The position numbers were made by a program, and so were the translations under genes. Under the pieces are notes generated by a model. That model saw only the letters and a list, made by a program, of their open reading frames with translations, was not told the DNA's origin and did not search any database. A stretch of DNA of 64,000 bases from Sulfolobaceae archaeon (GTDB lineage Archaea; Thermoproteota; Thermoprotei_A; Sulfolobales; Sulfolobaceae): NCBI GenBank assembly GCA_038893355.1, contig JAWARQ010000004.1:64001-128000 (forward strand), read 5' to 3'. Shown here one piece after another: positions 49,511 to 62,517 of this stretch (positions are counted from its first letter, which is position 1; each line of letters starts with the position of its first letter).

Positions 49511-50917
49511 TTATTCAAATCTCCAGTAAGATTTATCTCCAGCATCAAGTACCTTTATTCCTGCACTTAGGAGTATGCTCCTAATTTGGTCACTAAGGTC
49601 ATACATTTTCCTATTTCTTAATATGTTTCTAATCTCAATCACCGCATCAATTACTTTTATGATCTTATCCATGGTGGAGTATATCTCTTGTTCCAGTATA
49701 CCAGCAACTGAACTAAATGTTCTAAATAATTCAAATGCTAACATAGCACCCATAAAATCTCTTGAATATTGTAATTTTGTAAATACTAATGAGGATAGCT
49801 CATGTATTTTAGCTAATGCTGTTGGGGTATCAAAATCATTGCTCATTGCCTCATGAAATTCCTTAGATAATTTAATTATCTGTTGCTGAAGCTTTATATC
49901 TTCATCATTGGAGTAGTATTTAGGTTCTTCATTGATTATTGATCTTAGTATTGCAATAGAATCTTTTAATCTCTCAAGAGAGTTTTTAAACTGAGATAAA
50001 CTCTCTTCTGAATATTCTAATGGAGACCTATAATGTGCACTGAAATACCATAGTCTTAACGTCTCTACTCCCCATTTATTTATTGCGTCCTTTAGTGGTA
50101 TTATATTCTTTAATGATTTACTCATCTTATCTTTCCCTATTGTCACAAATGCTGAATGAACCCAATATCTTACCCATTTTTTACCTAATAGTGCTTCACT
50201 TTGTGCTCTTTCGTTTTCATGATGTGGAAATATTAAGTCTTGCCCTCCTCCATGAATATCAAATTCTTCACCTAAATATCTCATTGACATAGTAGAACAT
50301 TCTATATGCCATCCTGGTCTTCCTTTTCCCCAAGGACTTTCCCAATAGGGTTCCCCTGGTTTCCAGGCTTTCCATAATGCAAAATCATATGGATTTTTTT
50401 TCTCCTTAACTAATCCTTCTTGCTGATCCCAAAGATCTTTTGATTTTAAATTAGATAGTTCACCATAACTTGGGAAAGCATCAACGTTAAAATAAACACT
50501 TCCGCTAGGTGCTACATACGCATAACCTTTATTTATTAAATTATCAATAAATTGAATAATTTCTCTAATATGGGTAGTGACTCTTGGGTGTTGATCTATT
50601 TTTATATTTAGCTTATCTATTATTTCTAAATATTCTTTAGTATAAAAATCAGCAATTTCTTTCCAGTCTTTTCCAGTCTCTTGTGCCCTCCTTATTATTT
50701 TATCATCAATATCTGTAATATTTTGTACTCTAATTACATTATAGCCAAGTAATTTAAAGTACCTACTCATGAAGTCGAAGACTGTAAAAGTTCTACCATG
50801 TCCAATATGGACTGAATCATAAACGGTAGGTCCACATACATACATCTTAACAATTCTAGGCTCTACACTTTCAAAATTTTGTAACGTTCTACCAAGTGTA
50901 TTGTAAATTCTTATCAT
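49511..50917 (-). CDS. cysS: Cysteinyl-tRNA synthetase
   Basis: [20 protein letters not shown] and KMSKS. Confidence 0.97.
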   Translation of the reverse strand: MIRIYNTLGRTLQNFESVEPRIVKMYVCGPTVYDSVHIGHGRTFTVFDFMSRYFKLLGYNVIRVQNITDIDDKIIRRAQETGKDWKEIADFYTKEYLEIIDKLNIKIDQHPRVTTHIREIIQFIDNLINKGYAYVAPSGSVYFNVDAFPSYGELSNLKSKDLWDQQEGLVKEKKNPYDFALWKAWKPGEPYWESPWGKGRPGWHIECSTMSMRYLGEEFDIHGGGQDLIFPHHENERAQSEALLGKKWVRYWVHSAFVTIGKDKMSKSLKNIIPLKDAINKWGVETLRLWYFSAHYRSPLEYSEESLSQFKNSLERLKDSIAILRSIINEEPKYYSNDEDIKLQQQIIKLSKEFHEAMSNDFDTPTALAKIHELSSLVFTKLQYSRDFMGAMLAFELFRTFSSVAGILEQEIYSTMDKIIKVIDAVIEIRNILRNRKMYDLSDQIRSILLSAGIKVLDAGDKSYWRFE

Positions 50918-51846
50918 GAGTAATAATACTTTAGCTCCTCTTTAAATATACTTTTAGTCCTTTCTCTAGCTACTTTCATTTTCTCTAAAACTAAAGGATC
51001 TCTACCTAATTTTTCAGCTAGACTTATAGAGAGTACACCAGCTAAATAGGCTAATGAAGATATATTTTTTAATATACTATCATAAAATGGTTTAATTAAT
51101 ATTCCATTAGATAATTCGAAAAATATTAAATCTATTTCCTCACTTCCAATTATAATCGGTTTTAAAGGGTTCTCTTTAGAGTATACTTCCAATTCGTTAT
51201 GAATAACCTCTGGTATTTCACCAAAAAACGCTGGATATTTTGCATTCTCATTAATTTCTTGTTTAAATCTTTCAGCTATTGGAAGGAACTTTGAGGAATA
51301 AAATACTGGAATTTTTCCTATAATCTCTTTTAATAATTTATTACTCAATGCATTTAATTCTTCTTTTCTCTCAACTATACCTTCAACTAATTCTTCAAGT
51401 CGTAAATTTATGTTTAATGATATTTTTAATGTCTTTAATATTGTAGATAAAATAAATGGAAATACAAATCTTGTCTGATAACCTTTAGGTAGTTCAATAA
51501 TTTTTATATTATACCTTTTTGCGAACTCGAGAAGTATACCGTTAGATGTAACAACGATTATATCGTTATACAACTCTTTTTCAATAATACTTTTTAGTGT
51601 AATTAATGTTTCAGTAGTTTCTCCAGAATAGGAAACTACAATTATACTTGAATTCTTACTACTTTTAACTTTGAAGCCCCTATAAACTTCTAGTTCTATT
51701 GGTAATTCTATGATTTGTAAGACTCTTCCTACTATTCCACTCCCACCTATGCCCAAAAATACTATTTTTTCCCCAACCTTTAGCTGTGGTACGTCGTATT
51801 GAATTGCGTCTTTAAACATCTTTTCCCAATTTTGATATGGATTCAT
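50914..51846 (-). CDS. Bifunctional phosphoglucose/phosphomannose isomerase
   Basis: [22 protein letters not shown] and PE..HN. Confidence 0.88.
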   Translation of the reverse strand: MNPYQNWEKMFKDAIQYDVPQLKVGEKIVFLGIGGSGIVGRVLQIIELPIELEVYRGFKVKSSKNSSIIVVSYSGETTETLITLKSIIEKELYNDIIVVTSNGILLEFAKRYNIKIIELPKGYQTRFVFPFILSTILKTLKISLNINLRLEELVEGIVERKEELNALSNKLLKEIIGKIPVFYSSKFLPIAERFKQEINENAKYPAFFGEIPEVIHNELEVYSKENPLKPIIIGSEEIDLIFFELSNGILIKPFYDSILKNISSLAYLAGVLSISLAEKLGRDPLVLEKMKVARERTKSIFKEELKYYYS

Positions 51847-51860
51847 CTCTCTTACCTAAC

Positions 51861-52292
51861 CTATTTCATAGTTATTGATAATGTTATTGAAGGTGGTGTT
51901 GCTGAAATATTTATTGTAATACTATCTATACCTATTTCTTTTATATTTAATTTTATTTTCATTATAATTTCACTAACTGAATATGACAGTATGTTTACAA
52001 TTTCATCGATAATACCAGCTATCTTACTACCCACTAAAGTACTAGAAACTTCCGGTCTCAAGAGAAACCAGTAAATTGCATTAGTTCTTTGTAATATTTG
52101 AAATAAATTAGATAATAGTCCCTCCCATTTTTTCTCTTCAAAGTTTTTTTCCGTTTGAATAAACAACTCTAGTTCTTTTTCTAACTCTCTTTTTAAAAAT
52201 TTCATAATATTCTGCTCTTGTAGAGATAGCGAAGTTTCAGGGATTTCATCAACTTTTCTTTTTAACTCCTCAAGATACTTAATAGAGTTCAT
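51861..52292 (-). CDS. Hypothetical helical protein
   Basis: 143-aa ORF divergent from the second nurA-herA operon and co-oriented with pgi/pmi and cysS. Confidence 0.55.
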   Translation of the reverse strand: MNSIKYLEELKRKVDEIPETSLSLQEQNIMKFLKRELEKELELFIQTEKNFEEKKWEGLLSNLFQILQRTNAIYWFLLRPEVSSTLVGSKIAGIIDEIVNILSYSVSEIIMKIKLNIKEIGIDSITINISATPPSITLSITMK

Positions 52293-52417
52293 AAATATAG
52301 TTAACGATCATTTAATAAAAGCTCTATTATAGTTATACTTTGTTATTTAGGGTATTACGCTTTTGGTATTACATCATATTTAAATATTTCTATAAAGAAT
52401 TTCGATATGAAAAACAG

Positions 52418-53548
52418 ATGAATTACAGTGATATCTATGAATTACTTGGTAATATTGTATCAAATTACATTACTAATTATCTAATAGGAAAGCCTATAGT
52501 TCAACATGAAAGTATCGTTGAGCTAGAAGACGTAGATGAGAGTAATGATAGTATTTTTCTTCTAACATCGCCTAAAGAGATCTTAAAAGAAATCGTTGAA
52601 GATAGGCAAGAAGTAGGAGAAGAGATTATTGCAATTGATGGTAGTAGTAGAAGCTTAGTATTAATGAGTGGAATAATAAGTATTAGTGCAGTTGCTGCAT
52701 ACTCATCTAAATTAGGCAGTATAGAAGTTTATCCACCGTTATATGGAATGAGGAGTCTTAAGATAAATGCACCGTTTATTGCAATATCACCTTTTTATAA
52801 ATATTCTTCTAATAGTCTTGATCCATACATCTATTCCTCAAAGTTCATAATGACAACTTCATTAGACGGTTCTTTATTAATAGGCAATGATCCTATTAAA
52901 GTTGAAGCACAGTTAAGATTTATTTTAGAAACTGAGGCATTAAATTATCTTAAAGATAAAAAGTATATAATTATTGACGGACCACTTTTACCTTCGTTTC
53001 CAAATTTCAAGAATAGTTTAAGGAATAAATTCTTTGAGATTAGATCTAAGAGTCTTAGCGCCGGAACTTTAGGAATAGTTAAAAGATTAGAGAAATCAAA
53101 GCTTCTAATTAGCGTATTGTCTCGATATAGGGATGAGGTAATTAGTAAGTATAAAATTGACCCATTAAGATATCTCTCGGACGAATCATTACTATTCAAT
53201 ATAATAAGGTTTAACGAAGTTCCACCGTATAAAAAGTTTTTGGTGGGACCTATATTAAAATTAATAGACAATACTAAAATTTATATTAACTATTTAATTA
53301 TTCCTATTCATCCATTTCTATCAAAATTTTTTATATTAAGAATTGAAAGTTTAATTAATAGTGATAAATTATTAAGTTTAATTTCTAATTTAAAATTTAC
53401 TGCTGATGGTGTTCCTAACGTTATAGCAATAGCTGATAAGACATCTAAAATAGTTACAAGCGGTTTACTTAGATTTGTAAAATCATTATTAGAGAATTCG
53501 GGTGTGAATATTAGTTTTACATCACGAATAGAGGCTGTAGATTTATGA
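52418..53548 (+). CDS. Second NurA-family nuclease
   Basis: IAIDGSS, R..LE, IIDGPL, GIVKR, SD and G.P..IAIAD. Start placed at ATG 52418. Confidence 0.8.
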   Translation: MNYSDIYELLGNIVSNYITNYLIGKPIVQHESIVELEDVDESNDSIFLLTSPKEILKEIVEDRQEVGEEIIAIDGSSRSLVLMSGIISISAVAAYSSKLGSIEVYPPLYGMRSLKINAPFIAISPFYKYSSNSLDPYIYSSKFIMTTSLDGSLLIGNDPIKVEAQLRFILETEALNYLKDKKYIIIDGPLLPSFPNFKNSLRNKFFEIRSKSLSAGTLGIVKRLEKSKLLISVLSRYRDEVISKYKIDPLRYLSDESLLFNIIRFNEVPPYKKFLVGPILKLIDNTKIYINYLIIPIHPFLSKFFILRIESLINSDKLLSLISNLKFTADGVPNVIAIADKTSKIVTSGLLRFVKSLLENSGVNISFTSRIEAVDL

Positions 53549-55344
53549 TAGATCTTCATAATATGGTAAGAGATAGAGTTCAAAAAGCTAAAGCACTAGC
53601 AATAACTTTAGGTACTATAATAGGCTATGTTGCACGACATATACCTAGTAGGCTTGATAACGAAGAATCTTATGTGAAGGTCGTAGTGAGTCCCGATGTC
53701 TATTATAATTTTAATTTTATAGGCAAATTAGGTATAATTCTGGGTGCAATTGACATAAAAACGTTATACTTTGTTTTACTAAGAGTTGTAGGATATGAGA
53801 GATTCGATGCAACATCATTTTTGTACTCAGATAGTTCTTTAGCTACAATTTCAAATGTCGATGAGGAACCTGGTTCCTTGCTGACAAATACTATATTAAA
53901 ATGTGAAATGTTAACTAAAATTGACCCTTTAAATTCAAAGGAGCCGGAGGTTGCAGATATAGTTCTTGAACCTCAATCACCTGTAATAATACCTAAGCCA
54001 GATTTAGTTGAAAGGGCATTAAATTTAAGTAATGGCGATATAAAAATAGGATTTTTAGATATTCCAGGTATAAATGCAAAAGTTTCTATAAATTCATACG
54101 ATCTAAACTACCATATGATAGTCATCGGAACTACTGGTGCTGGAAAGACGTCTTTTATAAAAAACTTAATTATGGCAATGGTAAATAGCCGTAGTAGAAG
54201 TAAGGTATTTATATTTGATGCTACTGGTGATTATTACAACATATTTCTTCCTCCTGAGGTATATAATAATGAACATGAGGAGCTGTTAGGTTCTAGAATA
54301 TTTAATCTCGAAGTAAATATTCTATTCCCTATATCATCAAAATGGGCTAAAAAGTATTTAAAAAATAACAAGAGAGACGTATACAGTATTGCGTCTGTAT
54401 ATTATTTATTATATATAAAACCAATAATAGATTATTTACAAAATAAAGGCTTAAAATTATATTCAACTATAAATAAAAACAGTATAATAATTTCAAATAG
54501 CGAATGGAATGGCAAGGCTAATATACTTCCTTTTTACTTTAGATTTAAGGATGTTAAAAGGATCCTACATAAACTTAACCCATACTTCACAGAGCAAGCT
54601 TCACATTTTCTTAGGATTTTAATTAATAAGAACTGGAGTGAATTTAAGAAGATTGATGATTTAATTAATTTTGTATTAGATGAAGATAAATTTGAAAATA
54701 TTCGTATTCATAGAAGTACTAGGGAAAATATAGTTAGAGGGTTGTATCTTCTAAAAGAAACTGGATTATTTAACATCGGTGTAGATAGATATCCGTTTTC
54801 CTCACTTTTAGAGAATAATAACATTCAAATAAATATTATAGATTTATATAATAGTGAAATTGACGACTTTGCACAAAAGATATTAAGCTACTACTTCTTA
54901 GATAAGATTTTTAATTATAGAGAAAAAGAAATGAAGAGTGGTGGGGTAAAAGATAGGATAGTAATTGTAATAGATGAGGCCCATAGATTCTTTCCTTCAA
55001 GTAAGGGTAGTGAAGAGGATAATACTTATGTTAGAAGAGTTGCTAATAAAATCTCGACATTAATGAGACTAGGGAGGCGTAGAAAAGTCGGCTTTATTTT
55101 CTCCACTCACAATCCTAATGATTTAAATGATATAGTAATACAACTATCGAATACTAAAGTAGTATTTAGGACAAAGCCTGAGATAGCCGAATCTTTAGGC
55201 CTCTCGAAAGTAGAGGCAAGAAATTTAAGCTGGGAAAGGAATGGTGTAGCTTATCTAATTTCTCCATGGTTAAGAGAGGGAAAAATTAAGATTAGAATTC
55301 CATTACCACCAGCTATAGGTCATTATGATTTATCAAGAACATAA
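53545..55344 (+). CDS. Second HerA-family (DUF87) ATPase
   Basis: HAS-barrel-like N-terminus, GTTGAGKT, FD.TGDY, IDEAH and R.GR. Confidence 0.88.
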   Translation: MIDLHNMVRDRVQKAKALAITLGTIIGYVARHIPSRLDNEESYVKVVVSPDVYYNFNFIGKLGIILGAIDIKTLYFVLLRVVGYERFDATSFLYSDSSLATISNVDEEPGSLLTNTILKCEMLTKIDPLNSKEPEVADIVLEPQSPVIIPKPDLVERALNLSNGDIKIGFLDIPGINAKVSINSYDLNYHMIVIGTTGAGKTSFIKNLIMAMVNSRSRSKVFIFDATGDYYNIFLPPEVYNNEHEELLGSRIFNLEVNILFPISSKWAKKYLKNNKRDVYSIASVYYLLYIKPIIDYLQNKGLKLYSTINKNSIIISNSEWNGKANILPFYFRFKDVKRILHKLNPYFTEQASHFLRILINKNWSEFKKIDDLINFVLDEDKFENIRIHRSTRENIVRGLYLLKETGLFNIGVDRYPFSSLLENNNIQINIIDLYNSEIDDFAQKILSYYFLDKIFNYREKEMKSGGVKDRIVIVIDEAHRFFPSSKGSEEDNTYVRRVANKISTLMRLGRRRKVGFIFSTHNPNDLNDIVIQLSNTKVVFRTKPEIAESLGLSKVEARNLSWERNGVAYLISPWLREGKIKIRIPLPPAIGHYDLSRT

Positions 55345-55756
55345 AAGTTTCTATATTTCTACTTATATTATGCTTAGCGAAATTATAGCCCAGATAAAAA
55401 GAAAATGGTCACGAGAAGCTGTACTCAAGTTTTTAAACGAGGTAAGAAGCCTATTGCCACCTTCAGAGGATTTTGGAATATCCTTAATTAAGAAAGGAGT
55501 TCATGAATACGTTTTAGATAAACAAGGCATTGTAATAATTAGCTTAAATCAAGATGAGTATTTACCTTTCTTTGCAGCAAGGGGAAAAAGGATAGATTTA
55601 GAAAAACTTTCTGATGATATATTACTTGAAATTAGTAAAAATTGGAGGAATATAATTTCCCAATTAAGGGACATTTTATTGGAATATGGAAGGAGAGATG
55701 ATAAATATCTGAAAGTTGCAGAAGAAATCACAGGGATAATATTTGAAAATATCTGA
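55325..55756 (+). CDS. Hypothetical protein
   Basis: Overlaps both the HerA paralogue and the downstream thioesterase. Confidence 0.55.
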   Translation: MIYQEHKSFYISTYIMLSEIIAQIKRKWSREAVLKFLNEVRSLLPPSEDFGISLIKKGVHEYVLDKQGIVIISLNQDEYLPFFAARGKRIDLEKLSDDILLEISKNWRNIISQLRDILLEYGRRDDKYLKVAEEITGIIFENI

Positions 55757-56681
55757 AACTATAGTAACTACTTATAAAATTGTACATTACAGTGATATTA
55801 ACTTCTTAGGAAGGATGCATGGCGGAGTAATGTTAATGGGATTAGTAGATGCAGGTATGTTATCTGCAATGAAAGTTGCAAAATCTTTAGCAGTATTAGC
55901 TTCTCTAGATGAAGTAGAGTTTAAAAAACCGGTAAATTTGGGAGACGTTATAGAATATAAGGCCCAGGTTGAATATATAGGAAATTCCTCTATGGAAGTT
56001 AGGATTAAAGCGTACAAGTATAATGAAGAAATTGTTACCGCGACTTCATCGTTTGTTAAAGTTAATGAACTTCTTAAACCAATTCCGATTAATGAAAAAA
56101 TAGAAGTTGAGAATGATGAAGATAAGAATATTTTAATTGAGGCTCTAGAAAGAAGGAGAAGAAGAGAGAAATTAATAGCTGATAGGCATAGAAAGAAGTT
56201 AGATACTTCCGATCCTACAGAAGGATTAAGGTATAGAATTTCTACGATAGTTCAAGTCACTCCAGAGCTGACATATAATGGCAAACTGATGTCTGCAGGG
56301 AAGTTACTTAAAATTATGGATGATATAGGCGGAATTATTGCTCATAGATATATAGGTTATCCTTTCTTAACTAAAGATAATACAGTTACTGTTGCAATTT
56401 CCGATACACAGTTCTTTACACCAGCTAGATTAGGAGATATATTAAATATTAGAGCTGGGATCATTTATGTTGGGAATACATCCCTAGATGTTTTAATAAA
56501 TGTAATAAGGCAGAATTCTAGTAGCAATGAAATAACACATGTAACTACTTCGTATTTCACTTATGTAAGAATTAATGAAAATGGCAAACCTACGAGATTA
56601 CCAGAATATAAGCCTCAAACTGATAAAGAAAAATTCTTTTACGATCTGTCATTAGAGAGAAGAAAAAAGAATTATACCTAA
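55743..56681 (+). CDS. Double-hotdog acyl-CoA thioesterase
   Basis: D.N..G.MHGG, F..PV..GD and G.SSMEV. The domain is repeated. Confidence 0.88.
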   Translation: MKISETIVTTYKIVHYSDINFLGRMHGGVMLMGLVDAGMLSAMKVAKSLAVLASLDEVEFKKPVNLGDVIEYKAQVEYIGNSSMEVRIKAYKYNEEIVTATSSFVKVNELLKPIPINEKIEVENDEDKNILIEALERRRRREKLIADRHRKKLDTSDPTEGLRYRISTIVQVTPELTYNGKLMSAGKLLKIMDDIGGIIAHRYIGYPFLTKDNTVTVAISDTQFFTPARLGDILNIRAGIIYVGNTSLDVLINVIRQNSSSNEITHVTTSYFTYVRINENGKPTRLPEYKPQTDKEKFFYDLSLERRKKNYT

Positions 56682-57232
56682 TCCTTCTCCTCCTTAAATT
56701 CGAGTATTCCCATATTTTCTAATAAGCCAGCATCAGTTACGTCAAATAAAATTACAGGAGAGTCACTAGTATTTACATGGTAATGAACTAAATTTGCAGG
56801 TACTACAAAAACATCACCTTCCTCCCATTCTAGCTTTTTATGACCTACTACCGAATAACCCTTTCCTTTTACTACTAAGTATATTGAAGACATATTATGG
56901 GAATGCGGCTTAGTGAATTTACCTGGCTCGATGTACTGAAAGCCTGCCATCATGGTTGGTGTGAGACCTTTTGATCTCCCAGTGCTTGGTGAATAAAACA
57001 TAATTTTTGCTATTCCTTTTTCTATAGGATTATTTTTTGCCAAAAGTTTTAATAATTCTATTATTTTACTATACTTTATTACCTTAGGTACAATTTGTTG
57101 GGGTGGTGAAGTATATTCCATGAATGCTACAATTTTTAAATCTTCTGTGTTATTTTCAATCTCTTTTATAATTTCTTCTATATCTTTTATAATTTCATTT
57201 TGTTTATCACTTCTTTCTACCTGATATATCAT
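56678..57232 (-). CDS. Cupin-domain protein (resembles the gentisate dioxygenase C-terminal cupin)
   Basis: PH.H...Y.V..G.G and GD.FVVP...HYH.N. Confidence 0.75.
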   Translation of the reverse strand: MIYQVERSDKQNEIIKDIEEIIKEIENNTEDLKIVAFMEYTSPPQQIVPKVIKYSKIIELLKLLAKNNPIEKGIAKIMFYSPSTGRSKGLTPTMMAGFQYIEPGKFTKPHSHNMSSIYLVVKGKGYSVVGHKKLEWEEGDVFVVPANLVHYHVNTSDSPVILFDVTDAGLLENMGILEFKEEKD

Positions 57233-57250
57233 TCTAATTATTAAATTACT

Positions 57251-57802
57251 TTAATGGTTTAAAAATATTGCTACAAGAATTGCAAACACTCCTGCAGCCA
57301 TCATAACTCCTACTGACTTTAATTTCTCAATAGTATTTCCTTCGTAAAATAAACCTAAAATTCCTAAAGATATAAGAGAAATCATTATAGTGAGGCTAAG
57401 ATGTTTTGTATAAGTATATATTAATATAGGAATTGCACCAATAAGTGGTGAAACTCCGTGCGAAATTACTGAGAATATTATAGAGAATTTTATAGCATAA
57501 TCGTATATGGTACCCTTTAAGCTTCTAAGAACCTGTTGTTCTAATCTCTTTAACTCTAGGCCTTTCTCCTTCGCTTCAACTACCAAAGAATTCCATGCGG
57601 ATGATATCGCTATTGCAAATAAACCAGTATATATCGCTAAAACTGATCTTTCAAAATCTATTCCAGTTATCGCTATTGCAGTTATCGTACTTACTGCGTA
57701 AGTTATTCCATCGAAAGCACCAATTATAATGTACCTTCTGATCATCGGTAATGAATCGTGCTTTAAACTATATTTAATAGCGGATAGAATCTTTCTTAGC
57801 AC
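57251..57802 (-). CDS. VIT1/CCC1-like membrane protein
   Basis: RRY.I.G.FDG, E..E...E...LE and 5 TM segments. Confidence 0.7.
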   Translation of the reverse strand: MLRKILSAIKYSLKHDSLPMIRRYIIIGAFDGITYAVSTITAIAITGIDFERSVLAIYTGLFAIAISSAWNSLVVEAKEKGLELKRLEQQVLRSLKGTIYDYAIKFSIIFSVISHGVSPLIGAIPILIYTYTKHLSLTIMISLISLGILGLFYEGNTIEKLKSVGVMMAAGVFAILVAIFLNH

Positions 57803-57850
57803 TAATTAATATGGGAGAAACTTAAATATTAGTATTTCGCACGCCTTACT

Positions 57851-58243
57851 GTGCACCGAAATACTTTATTATCTATCGTTTCAGTAGTTATAATTCTAAC
57901 AGCAATAGGAGTCTATACATTATCGAGCTATAGAACGAGTTATGTAATAGAAAGCTTCAATGCACAACCTATTAATGGTAAGTATCCCCTTGAGGCTAAG
58001 ATAATTATAAATTATGGCCCATTTGGTGGTTCTGAACCATTAAATGGAAGTATAGTATGGATTTTAAAAAATGGAAAATTTTATGCAATGAATTTTACTG
58101 ATGCTAATGGAGTTGCAAAGTTTTATGTTCCTCCAGGTAATTATACAGTATATTTTGTACAATTTAAATATTATGTAAAAAATGTCGTCATTTCCAATAC
58201 TGGGGTAAGAATTATATTAAACTATGCATATTTATATAAATAA
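57851..58243 (+). CDS. Small secreted beta-sandwich protein
   Basis: N-terminal TM helix and TD.NG...F..PPG.Y.V. Confidence 0.55.
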   Translation: MHRNTLLSIVSVVIILTAIGVYTLSSYRTSYVIESFNAQPINGKYPLEAKIIINYGPFGGSEPLNGSIVWILKNGKFYAMNFTDANGVAKFYVPPGNYTVYFVQFKYYVKNVVISNTGVRIILNYAYLYK

Positions 58244-58244
58244 G

Positions 58245-58296
58245 ATGATGTAAGGAGGAGTACCTCTGATATTATGAGGACGTGGTCCTCAACTGA
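58245..58296 (+). ncRNA. C/D-box sRNA candidate
   Basis: C box ATGATGT, D' CTGA (58266), C' ATGAGGA and D box CTGA (58293). Intergenic. Confidence 0.75.
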
Positions 58297-58330
58297 AGAA
58301 ATTTTTTAGGAGAACTATAATTTAATACAT

Positions 58331-58819
58331 ATGAGTATTAAGATCGAGGTAATTCAAGTTCCGATTCCAGAAGGTACAAATGTTATAATAGGCCATTCTC
58401 ATTTTATAAAAACAGTAGAGGATATATATGAAGCTATTATTACAACCAATCCGAATATTAGATTTGGTCTAGCGTTTAATGAGGCAAGCGGGAAAAGGTT
58501 AGTAAGAAAGGACGGGAATGATAGTGAGTTAATAAAGCTAGCTGCAGAGGTTGCGCTAAAGATAGGCGCAGGTCATACTTTTGTAATATATATTAAGGGT
58601 GGATGGCCAATAAATATTCTAAATGTTTTGAAGAATGTGCAAGAGGTAGTTAAGATACATGCTGCTACTGCGAATCCATTACAAGTTATTGTAGCACAAA
58701 CTGATCAGGGTAGAGGAGTAATTGGAGTAGTTGATGGTTATACCCCATTAGGGATTGAGAGCGAGATTGATGAAAAGGAGAGGAAGGAGTTCCTCAGGAA
58801 GATCGGATATAAGAGATAG
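58331..58819 (+). CDS. Adenosine-specific kinase-like protein (DUF355)
   Basis: [25 protein letters not shown] and GVVDG. Confidence 0.88.
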   Translation: MSIKIEVIQVPIPEGTNVIIGHSHFIKTVEDIYEAIITTNPNIRFGLAFNEASGKRLVRKDGNDSELIKLAAEVALKIGAGHTFVIYIKGGWPINILNVLKNVQEVVKIHAATANPLQVIVAQTDQGRGVIGVVDGYTPLGIESEIDEKERKEFLRKIGYKR

Positions 58820-59206
58820 GCTTTTTTCTAATAACATATCTGATACTTCTATTTGATTTTTAAGATATTTAATCAAAGAAGCAAAAAGTAATATTAAAGC
58901 TTGTATGTATTTTCTCTCAATTTCACTTTTTGCTTTCTTCCACTTCTCTTCAAGAATTTCATGACATTCCCAAAACCTCATTTCATTTATTAGCTTCCTC
59001 AAATCTTCCCTAATTTCGCCTACTTTAACGATAAAAAGTGGATTTCCCAGATAGTTAATAACATCTACTGGATTTCCCATTATATCAATTTCAATATATT
59101 TGCCTTTTCTTATATCAATTACATTTATGCCTTTTTTTCTTAATACAGACTTTAATTCAAAAATATTTTGAGATAGATTTAATGAGTAAAAGAGAAGATA
59201 CCTCAT
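58748..59206 (-). CDS. DUF309-domain protein
   Basis: F.ECHE.LE..W and QALI. Confidence 0.8.
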   Translation of the reverse strand: MRYLLFYSLNLSQNIFELKSVLRKKGINVIDIRKGKYIEIDIMGNPVDVINYLGNPLFIVKVGEIREDLRKLINEMRFWECHEILEEKWKKAKSEIERKYIQALILLFASLIKYLKNQIEVSDMLLEKSLSLISDLPEELLPLLFINLALNP

Positions 59207-59238
59207 ATTTAATAGTCCAGAATTCGAGTTAAAATATA

Positions 59239-60285
<1,047 letters not shown>

Positions 60286-60291
<6 letters not shown>

Positions 60292-61053
60292 TCCCTTAAA
60301 TTTAGGTTTTCTCTTTTCGAAAAACGAATTGACACCTTCATTTTTATCTTGGGTCGAGAATACTAGACCCCAACTTATACTTTCTGATCTTAATGCGGAT
60401 TCCCTATTTAAATTATCCCCCATATTTACTAAATACTTAATTAGGTACAATGCTATAGGAGGCTTCTCTGCTAACATTAACGCAACCTTTCTTACCTCAT
60501 CCTCTAAAGAATTTTTAGGTAGAGCCTTATTCACTAGTCCTATTCTTTCAGCCTCTTTTCCACTAATTCTAGCACCAGTCATCATTAACTCTAACGCCTT
60601 ACCCTTTCCTATCAACTTTACTAATCTTTGAGTACCACCAAAACCTGGATAAATCCCTAAATCTATTTCTGGCAATCCTAATATAGCATCTTCCGTAGAA
60701 TATCTTAAATCACATGCCATTGCTAACTCTAGTCCTCCTCCTAATGCATAGCCCTCAATCATAGCAATTGTTGGTTTAGGATAGTTTTCTATATAGTCCA
60801 TGAGTTCTCTTCCTCTTTTTGCAAACTTCCATGCAGTGATTGGATTTAATTCTTTAAATAGATTAATATCGGCTCCTGCAGAAAATGTATTATTCCCCCT
60901 TAATATCACTACCCTAATATCATTATCTTCCTCAATTGACTTTAAGGCCTCATAAATTTCCTCGATCATTTCAAGATTAATTGCATTAACTTTTGGTCTG
61001 TTTAAAATTATCCAGATAAGCGGTTGCTCTTTATTAATAATTATTGTTTTCAT
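60286..61053 (-). CDS. Enoyl-CoA hydratase, likely 3-hydroxypropionyl-CoA dehydratase of the 3HP/4HB cycle
   Basis: F.AGADI, GGGLELA.ACD and PE..LGIYPG.GGTQRL. AWKF..RGRE.MD and ES..WG.VFST match the Sulfolobales enzyme as recalled. Confidence 0.8.
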
Positions 61054-61103
61054 ATGAACTTTTTAATATACTAACATTTTAATATTGCGGTAAGATTGTT
61101 AGA

Positions 61104-61664
61104 ATGATGGATGAGCAGAAAAAACTTCTACTAATTTCAGCGATTCCCGTTATTGGTGGTGTAGTAAGTAATTATTATCTATCTCTTAAAATCTCGAAGA
61201 TAAATAAATTAATAAAACTTCTACTAATTTCAATTTCAGTGTCTGTCATCTCTACTCTAATTCTAGCATTATATTTCTTTAGGGAGATCATACTAGAGAT
61301 TTTTGGTGCTATAATTATTGCAAATTTTGTAAGTATATTTCTAGGCAGAAAGAGAAAATTAAGTAATGATATAAAATTAAAAATAAATGAATATTATATT
61401 GAAATATTAACTAATATAGATTTTGATGAAGGAGATATTATTAAAGATCCAAATGAAATTTATACTAAAGTTATTAATCAAGCTCTATCTAAAATAAAAT
61501 CTCCTTACTACAAACAAAAACTTTTAGAAACGTTAAAATGTAATAATTTAAAACTTTTTTTATCAGAGGATAAAATTGTTTTAAGAAGAAAATGTGGAGA
61601 TACAATCGTCGAAATAACGTTAAGGGGAATTAAGGGAGAGCTAAAAGTCAGTATATTATACTAA
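61104..61664 (+). CDS. Hypothetical membrane protein
   Basis: Three N-terminal TM helices. Internal 19-bp repeat (KLLLIS x2). Confidence 0.55.
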   Translation: MMDEQKKLLLISAIPVIGGVVSNYYLSLKISKINKLIKLLLISISVSVISTLILALYFFREIILEIFGAIIIANFVSIFLGRKRKLSNDIKLKINEYYIEILTNIDFDEGDIIKDPNEIYTKVINQALSKIKSPYYKQKLLETLKCNNLKLFLSEDKIVLRRKCGDTIVEITLRGIKGELKVSILY

Positions 61665-62517
61665 AAATTATCAATCCTATTAAGATCACTGCTAGATAAG
61701 GAGAACTAACCTTAAATGACAGCCAAGCCTCTTCCTTACTGGGATTTTTAAGGAGACGTAAATTAAAGTAAACGAGAATTACAGAAAATATTAGAGTATA
61801 AATTACGAAGTAAATATTTACGAATAATGAAAGTAGAATAGCAAAAGGTACCATGAGTATATTAGATACTAGAATATATAGGGCCGACTTTCTTTCATTA
61901 TTAATAACTACAGGTAACATAGGTATTCCTGCTCTTTCATAGTCTTCCTTATATCTTAACGCTAAAGCCCAGAAATGGCCAGGAGTCCACATGAATATCA
62001 AAAGTCCTAATAATATTGCCGAAAGGGATAACGTTTCATGTTGCGAAGCATATCCTGCCCATGCCGCTGCGCTTCCAGCTAAACCACCTATAACAATGTT
62101 CCATACACTCCTTGGCTTTAACCATATAGTATAAATTATTATATAAATGAAAGCACCAAGGATGACGAAAAGAAACGTCAAGAAATTAGCTAACATTAAA
62201 GATATTAGGCCCCCTGCAGCCAAAAGTAGTATTCCAAAAATTATCGCAGATCTCGGTGAGATTATTCCTCTTACAGTAGGTCTTTTTGAGGTCCTTAACA
62301 TTACGGCATCTCTTGAAACCTCCAGTCCACTATTTATACTCATAGAACCTCCAGATGCAAGAGCACCACCTATTAAAACTCCGATGAGTTTAATTATATC
62401 AATTCCGCCTTTATAATCTAAAAATGCCCCTCCTAGCGCTGCTAAATCAAGTAGCCAAATAATGTTAGGTTTTGTAAGCTTTATGTAATAGTAAATTTTT
62501 GAAGTAAGAATTGACAT
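61648..62517 (-). CDS. ctaB: Protoheme IX farnesyltransferase (heme o synthase)
   Basis: LTKP, D..M.RT..RP, YT.WLK.R, WTP.HFWAL and DY..AG.PMLP. Confidence 0.93.
   Translation of the reverse strand: MSILTSKIYYYIKLTKPNIIWLLDLAALGGAFLDYKGGIDIIKLIGVLIGGALASGGSMSINSGLEVSRDAVMLRTSKRPTVRGIISPRSAIIFGILLLAAGGLISLMLANFLTFLFVILGAFIYIIIYTIWLKPRSVWNIVIGGLAGSAAAWAGYASQHETLSLSAILLGLLIFMWTPGHFWALALRYKEDYERAGIPMLPVVINNERKSALYILVSNILMVPFAILLSLFVNIYFVIYTLIFSVILVYFNLRLLKNPSKEEAWLSFKVSSPYLAVILIGLIIFSIIY

Noticed and set aside
52398-52403. AATTTC upstream of the second nurA as a UV-responsive element
   Set aside because: It lies only 15-20 nt before the ATG, downstream of the likely TATA box, unlike the ups promoters.
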